Of a stretch of DNA of 50,150 nt, positions 46,267 to 50,150 are shown in pieces. A model generated the notes under the pieces. That model made no database searches. It was not told where the DNA came from and worked only from the letters and a program-made list of their open reading frames with translations. The translations under genes were made by a program, and so were the position numbers. Origin of the DNA: a virus (Duplodnaviria; Caudoviricetes); IMG/VR virus record IMGVR_UViG_3300025070_000055, positions 1 through 50,150 of that record, one strand, 5' to 3'. Position 1 is the stretch's first letter. Each line of letters begins with the position of its first letter.

Positions 46267-46694
46267 GCTGCCATCTCCATTTCTTGGTTAATCTTCCACG
46301 CATTGCGGAAACTACGATCGCTAGGGATCAGTTCAACAGGTACAATCTTCATGATGCATCTGTTACCTTGGTAGTCCCGCCAGATTGACGGATCTATGTC
46401 TTTCATTACTAAGTATTCTATGGCTTCTTCTTCGCTCATAGCACCAATAGGCTCCGCATATGGATGCTCTTTAGGCTGTCCATCTGGCACCAAGCGGTCA
46501 CGCTGGTAGGTATCAATGGGTGGCAATACGTTGCCAGCAAGAGCCGCAGCCATGAAGTTAGGGTCAGGCACAAGCACCTTCGCTGGTTCATCTGGTGTGG
46601 CTGGATCTTCAAACAGCACACGATACTTAGACTGCACTGGTGCAAGGCGTGACTTAGCTTCAGCTAGACGATCCCAGAGATGTCCGTGGGTCAT
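46263..46694 (-). CDS. Tail-associated protein
   Basis: Start 46694 (ATGA overlap); C-terminal PSDRSFRNAW echoes the motif in the next gene. Confidence 0.65.
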   Translation of the reverse strand: MTHGHLWDRLAEAKSRLAPVQSKYRVLFEDPATPDEPAKVLVPDPNFMAAALAGNVLPPIDTYQRDRLVPDGQPKEHPYAEPIGAMSEEEAIEYLVMKDIDPSIWRDYQGNRCIMKIVPVELIPSDRSFRNAWKINQEMEMAA

Positions 46695-47068
46695 GCTAGG
46701 TCTCCCATGACACCACAACCAACATTCTCTTTGTCAACGCCGCCAGTGCCTTGCTGATAGCTTTCAAAGTTTTGATAAGTTGAAGCCCTGTTTCCACCGT
46801 TGTTGGGGCCAGATACCCTAATGTTTGCGCCGCTTGTTGAGACTTGCCCGCCAAAGGATAAAAAGTCATCATTAGCCATTCCAGACGAAAAGTTTATTCG
46901 GTAGTTTCCTGTTGTATTATCCACAACGCTTGACGCATTAAAACTTTCAAGGACTGCAAATCCAGACGCATTTGCATTAACCCAAGCCTTTGCAGACCCA
47001 TTGACCACATAGCTGGTGCCGACTGTTGTTGTGCCATCGGTGATGTTGCTTACATTCAAGGTACTCAT
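46691..47068 (-). CDS. Tail-fibre-type paralogue 3
   Basis: SAKAWVN..SFNASSVVD..TGNY; ends GDLA. Confidence 0.7.
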   Translation of the reverse strand: MSTLNVSNITDGTTTVGTSYVVNGSAKAWVNANASGFAVLESFNASSVVDNTTGNYRINFSSGMANDDFLSFGGQVSTSGANIRVSGPNNGGNRASTYQNFESYQQGTGGVDKENVGCGVMGDLA

Positions 47069-47445
47069 GCTAGGTCTCCGTGGGTTGTAGTGTAAATTCT
47101 AGTTACATCCTGACCGCCAAAACTTTCACTAGCCGTTCTTACCCTAAAGTCGGAAGATACAGGAACTTTAGAGTTATCGTATACTGCGCACTGGTTATCT
47201 CCTGTAGTTCCTGCGCTTCTTCCTGAAAGAATTTGTATTGAATAATTCGCACTAGACATGTTGTTGGAGAAATTCTGATCGTATGTTCCAGTTCCAACAT
47301 CTGTTATGGAAGAAACGTTTAGACTGTCATTTATCGCAACAGTACCTGTCCCTTGAAAAAAACACCAAGCCGCAGCAACCCCTGACACCGCACGACTAGC
47401 TGTTTCACCCGTGGCTTGGATGTTTGTGACCTTTAGTGTACTCAT
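47065..47445 (-). CDS. Tail-fibre-type paralogue 2
   Basis: AAAWCFFQGTGT..SLNVSSITDVGTGTY; ends HGDLA; start 47445. Confidence 0.7.
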   Translation of the reverse strand: MSTLKVTNIQATGETASRAVSGVAAAWCFFQGTGTVAINDSLNVSSITDVGTGTYDQNFSNNMSSANYSIQILSGRSAGTTGDNQCAVYDNSKVPVSSDFRVRTASESFGGQDVTRIYTTTHGDLA

Positions 47446-47822
47446 GCTAGGTCTCCGTGGATAGACACACACACCAGAGCGACGTTATCTGCCGAACCAC
47501 CTACGGTATACGTGTTTGCGTAGGAAGCTGACGCCGTTAGTGTACTAGGGGTGAACATTCTGTTTCGGGCGGTAGCATCAGTTTCATTATCTGCACTGCT
47601 TCCAGTAGAAGAGTAGTCTGCGCTAGACATATTTGAGGTGTAGTTGAGAGTATAAAGTCCTGTGCCACGGTCTGTAAGACTAGCGACATTCACGCTATCC
47701 CGAATAGCAGGTGTCCCTGTGCCATTAAAATTAACCCAAGCCTTCGCAGCACTCTGTTTGTGCAACTCAATCGGCCCAGTGCCAGCCGCATCACTTATTG
47801 TATTTGCTCTAATCTCGCTCAT
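47442..47822 (-). CDS. Tail-fibre-type paralogue 1
   Basis: AAKAWVNFNGTGT..SVNVASLTDRGTGLY; ends HGDLA. Confidence 0.7.
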   Translation of the reverse strand: MSEIRANTISDAAGTGPIELHKQSAAKAWVNFNGTGTPAIRDSVNVASLTDRGTGLYTLNYTSNMSSADYSSTGSSADNETDATARNRMFTPSTLTASASYANTYTVGGSADNVALVCVSIHGDLA

Positions 47823-47846
47823 GAGTGAGCCTCCGTATTGAAAATA

Positions 47847-48308
47847 CTAGACAATGCTCAAGTTCCCCCCTGATGTGACGGTCAGTGTAACGCCAGATGC
47901 CACGGCCAATGGGCCAGTAGCAGAGGCATTTTCATCTGCGTCAATTGTTACGTTAGTGTTAAGGGTTTGCTCATTGACACGAAAGATGTCACCAGAACCT
48001 GCTGTTGCACCAACAGTACCACGTTCACCTTTGTATAAACCACCACCAGCATTTACAGCTTCATAAGTAGTAAAGGCTACAACCTCAACAATATCTCCTG
48101 TAGAAGCACCAGTAGCTAAGACTACATCACTACCATTACTTGCAGTGAAGTCATCACCATTCTTTAACTTAACACCATTCATGTACACATCTAGGAAGTT
48201 AGGTGTGTAACCACTTGTAGCAAAACTTGTTTGACCAGAGGTAGCAGTGAATACATCTCTGGCCTGTGTTGCCTGTGGTACTGGCTGTGTGCCTATGTAT
48301 CCTGCCAT
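47847..48308 (-). CDS. Tail fibre component
   Basis: MAGYIG..VFTATSGQTSF..VYMNGVKL..D.TA.NG domain shared with 48618-49808. Confidence 0.7.
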   Translation of the reverse strand: MAGYIGTQPVPQATQARDVFTATSGQTSFATSGYTPNFLDVYMNGVKLKNGDDFTASNGSDVVLATGASTGDIVEVVAFTTYEAVNAGGGLYKGERGTVGATAGSGDIFRVNEQTLNTNVTIDADENASATGPLAVASGVTLTVTSGGNLSIV

Positions 48309-48312
48309 AAGT

Positions 48313-48564
48313 TTATACCTCTTGTGATTCTAAGTGTGCGGCGTAAGCATCCTTAACCGCTTGGGTGTGAACTGCGTTACAGATAGCTTGTACCTCTGCG
48401 CTTTCACCTGTGATGTCATCGTTAGGTGCAACGACATGGCGTGAGAAGCTGCGGCTGATCTCTACGCCATCACGCTTGATGACCGTGGCTGTACGCACTT
48501 GAACGTGCTTGTAGTCGCCTACGATCTCGATTTTGTCTTGTACTGTTTCTTCTGTTAGTGCCAT
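48313..48564 (-). CDS. Small tail-fibre-associated protein
   Basis: MALTEETVQDKIEIV..VQVR..SRSFSRHV..VQAICNAVHT; AGGAG RBS. Confidence 0.7.
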   Translation of the reverse strand: MALTEETVQDKIEIVGDYKHVQVRTATVIKRDGVEISRSFSRHVVAPNDDITGESAEVQAICNAVHTQAVKDAYAAHLESQEV

Positions 48565-48617
48565 CGTTTTTCTCCTGTGATGGTTGGACTGACTACCCTG
48601 TGATCCAACAGGGGTGG

Positions 48618-49808
48618 TTAAGCTCTATAAGTTATTGTAAATGACACATCTCCAACGCCACTTGTTATGTTGCCAACAGTGGTATTTGTATCCAAGCCGT
48701 TATCGTTAATTTGCTTTATTATAAGGCTTGTAGAATTATTACCCACTTGACATACCAAGTAACTATTTGAGGCTTGAAAATTGATGCTATCCGCTCTAAC
48801 CGTACCATGCGAACCCGTTCCAGATGCATCACAAGTAAAAGGCAATCCAGTAAAACTTGCAACATTGCCAGATGTTAAACCTGATGTGCTAATGTTTCCT
48901 ATAGCCGCATGGATGGTTACGTTCCTTCCAACTTTAATATAATAACCAGTTCCAGTGGTACTTGATACATTACCCCCCGAACCAGCATCAGCGACCCTCA
49001 AGGTAAAAGTCCCCTCCTCATAGTCATCTAGCTTATTAGCCGACCCAGTCCCGCCAAGGTAAACACCGCCAGACAGGTAGAGGTTTTTGAAGCGGATTGT
49101 GTCTGTGCCTAAGTCAATAGCAGCATCTCTACCTGTATTGTCAGAAGTGCGTGGCGTAATCTCGTCGCTGCTATCATTAAAACGAAGCCGAACATCCCCG
49201 TTACCTATGGTCAAGTCGTTGTTTATTGAACCTATGCTACCAACAGTAGTAGCGTCTGAGTCTACAAAGGTAACGATGTCCCCATACGTTGTATTTCTGC
49301 GGAACTGAGCCACAGAACCTGAGTTAGCAGTGCCTTGAGATACAGTGGAGGCAAGAAAACCAGAAGAAAATACTATTGTGCCATCTATTGCACTGCTAGA
49401 ATTTGTCTTACCCACCAGCAAGTTACCGCTGCTGTCCAGTGTCATAGCAGTAGATGTGGCGTTATCGTCAATGCCTTGCGAGGTGAACGCACCAGTAAAG
49501 TTTACATCTCCAGCAAATGTACCACCAGTACTAGCTGATACAGTGTCACTTGTCTGGAAGGTATTGTAAGACACAACAACAACTTGGTCATCTGCTGCAG
49601 CCCCTACTGTAAGTGTAATACTATTACCATTAGTAGCTGTATAGTCTGTACCATCTACAAGACGTACACCATTCTGAAACACATGTACATTATTTACAGT
49701 ATAGCTAAGACCAGTGAAGCTAGTCTGTCCTGATGTAGCAGTAAAGACTTTCTTACGTTCTGCACCAGAGCTTACTACAGCAACTTTAGATCCAATATAT
49801 CCAGCCAT
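48618..49808 (-). CDS. Tail fibre protein
   Basis: Ser/Thr/Gly-rich; LDSSGNLLVG, ANKLDDYEEGTF, YIKVGRNV, GLPF. Confidence 0.8.
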   Translation of the reverse strand: MAGYIGSKVAVVSSGAERKKVFTATSGQTSFTGLSYTVNNVHVFQNGVRLVDGTDYTATNGNSITLTVGAAADDQVVVVSYNTFQTSDTVSASTGGTFAGDVNFTGAFTSQGIDDNATSTAMTLDSSGNLLVGKTNSSSAIDGTIVFSSGFLASTVSQGTANSGSVAQFRRNTTYGDIVTFVDSDATTVGSIGSINNDLTIGNGDVRLRFNDSSDEITPRTSDNTGRDAAIDLGTDTIRFKNLYLSGGVYLGGTGSANKLDDYEEGTFTLRVADAGSGGNVSSTTGTGYYIKVGRNVTIHAAIGNISTSGLTSGNVASFTGLPFTCDASGTGSHGTVRADSINFQASNSYLVCQVGNNSTSLIIKQINDNGLDTNTTVGNITSGVGDVSFTITYRA

Positions 49809-50150
49809 TATAAAGCTCCTATAATAAACGCTAGTAGCTCGCTGTAGCGAACCCCAAGCCTAGTGCGCTCTGTAGCACCCTCTGGCGCTTCTTCTTGTGT
49901 GTCATATGTGTCTGTGCGGGTGTAGGCATCAACGGCTTCTACAGCCTCAGTTACTACGTTACCGTCTTCGTCAAGCACCTCTGCCACAGCTTCTACCGCT
50001 GGCACCTCTGTCTGTGTTTCCCACCAAGTTGTAGAAATAAACATAGCGTATTCACCAGCGTCTAATCCTTCAGTCGCAAATGCTGCTTGCAGGTCTTGTG
50101 CAATGATACCGAAGTGTGTTCTGGCTTCATCACCCTTAGCTTCTACTGCA
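49808..50150 (-). CDS. Tail fibre C-terminus with intramolecular chaperone (peptidase S74-like), partial
   Basis: Reading frame extends to window end: ARTHFGIIAQDL..GLDA..YAMF..RLGVRYSELLAFI. Confidence 0.8.
   Translation of the reverse strand, partial: AVEAKGDEARTHFGIIAQDLQAAFATEGLDAGEYAMFISTTWWETQTEVPAVEAVAEVLDEDGNVVTEAVEAVDAYTRTDTYDTQEEAPEGATERTRLGVRYSELLAFIIGAL

Larger units (their letters stand above)
46691..47460 (-). repeat. Repeated gene-junction sequence GGAGACCTAGCATGA
   Basis: 23-bp identical copies at 47061-47083 and 47438-47460; 15-bp core at 46691-46705. Confidence 0.9.

Noticed and set aside
441-49569. Numerous antisense and alternate-frame ORFs in the track (e.g. 441-716, 14865-15245, 24276-24746, 28795-29241, 45905-46258)
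   Set aside because: Shadows of well-supported genes; no RBS or recognisable motifs
46691-49808. Diversity-generating retroelement or invertase shufflon for the tail genes
   Set aside because: No reverse transcriptase, no template/variable repeat pair with adenine-specific differences, and all modules are co-oriented without inverted crossover sites
1-50150. Prophage boundaries or host DNA
   Set aside because: All recognisable genes are phage-type and both window ends fall inside minus-strand tail genes, consistent with a permuted phage genome

Overview
The window is most of a circularly permuted, AT-rich marine podovirus genome with no host genes. It most resembles the HMO-2011-type alphaproteobacterial phages: family A DNA polymerase with a DnaJ-like zinc-finger insertion, tyrosine integrase directly upstream of primase-helicase, ThyX, class II RNR, MazG, and no phage RNA polymerase in view. 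The minus-strand late arm (15972 to 1, and 50150 to 36611) carries small basic proteins, lysis genes, terminase, portal, scaffold, capsid, tail tube, tail-fibre modules and internal virion proteins. A ~1 kb divergent non-coding region (15973-17005) probably contains the genome ends. The plus-strand early and replication arm runs 17006-36577 and ends in a bidirectional terminator. The main unexplained signal is a 14-bp palindrome, GTCCAA-(TG/CA)-TTGGAC, in six perfect copies within 2.8 kb of the early region, with reassorted flanks and interspersed long bulged hairpins. Other leads: a DUF1127-like small gene missed by the ORF track, ArfA-like and Rmf-like small proteins, repeated identical junctions in a tail-gene paralogue array, structured leaders on the scaffold, capsid and tail-assembly genes, and a recurring xxGG motif in late proteins. 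All family assignments come from motif recognition by eye, not database searches.
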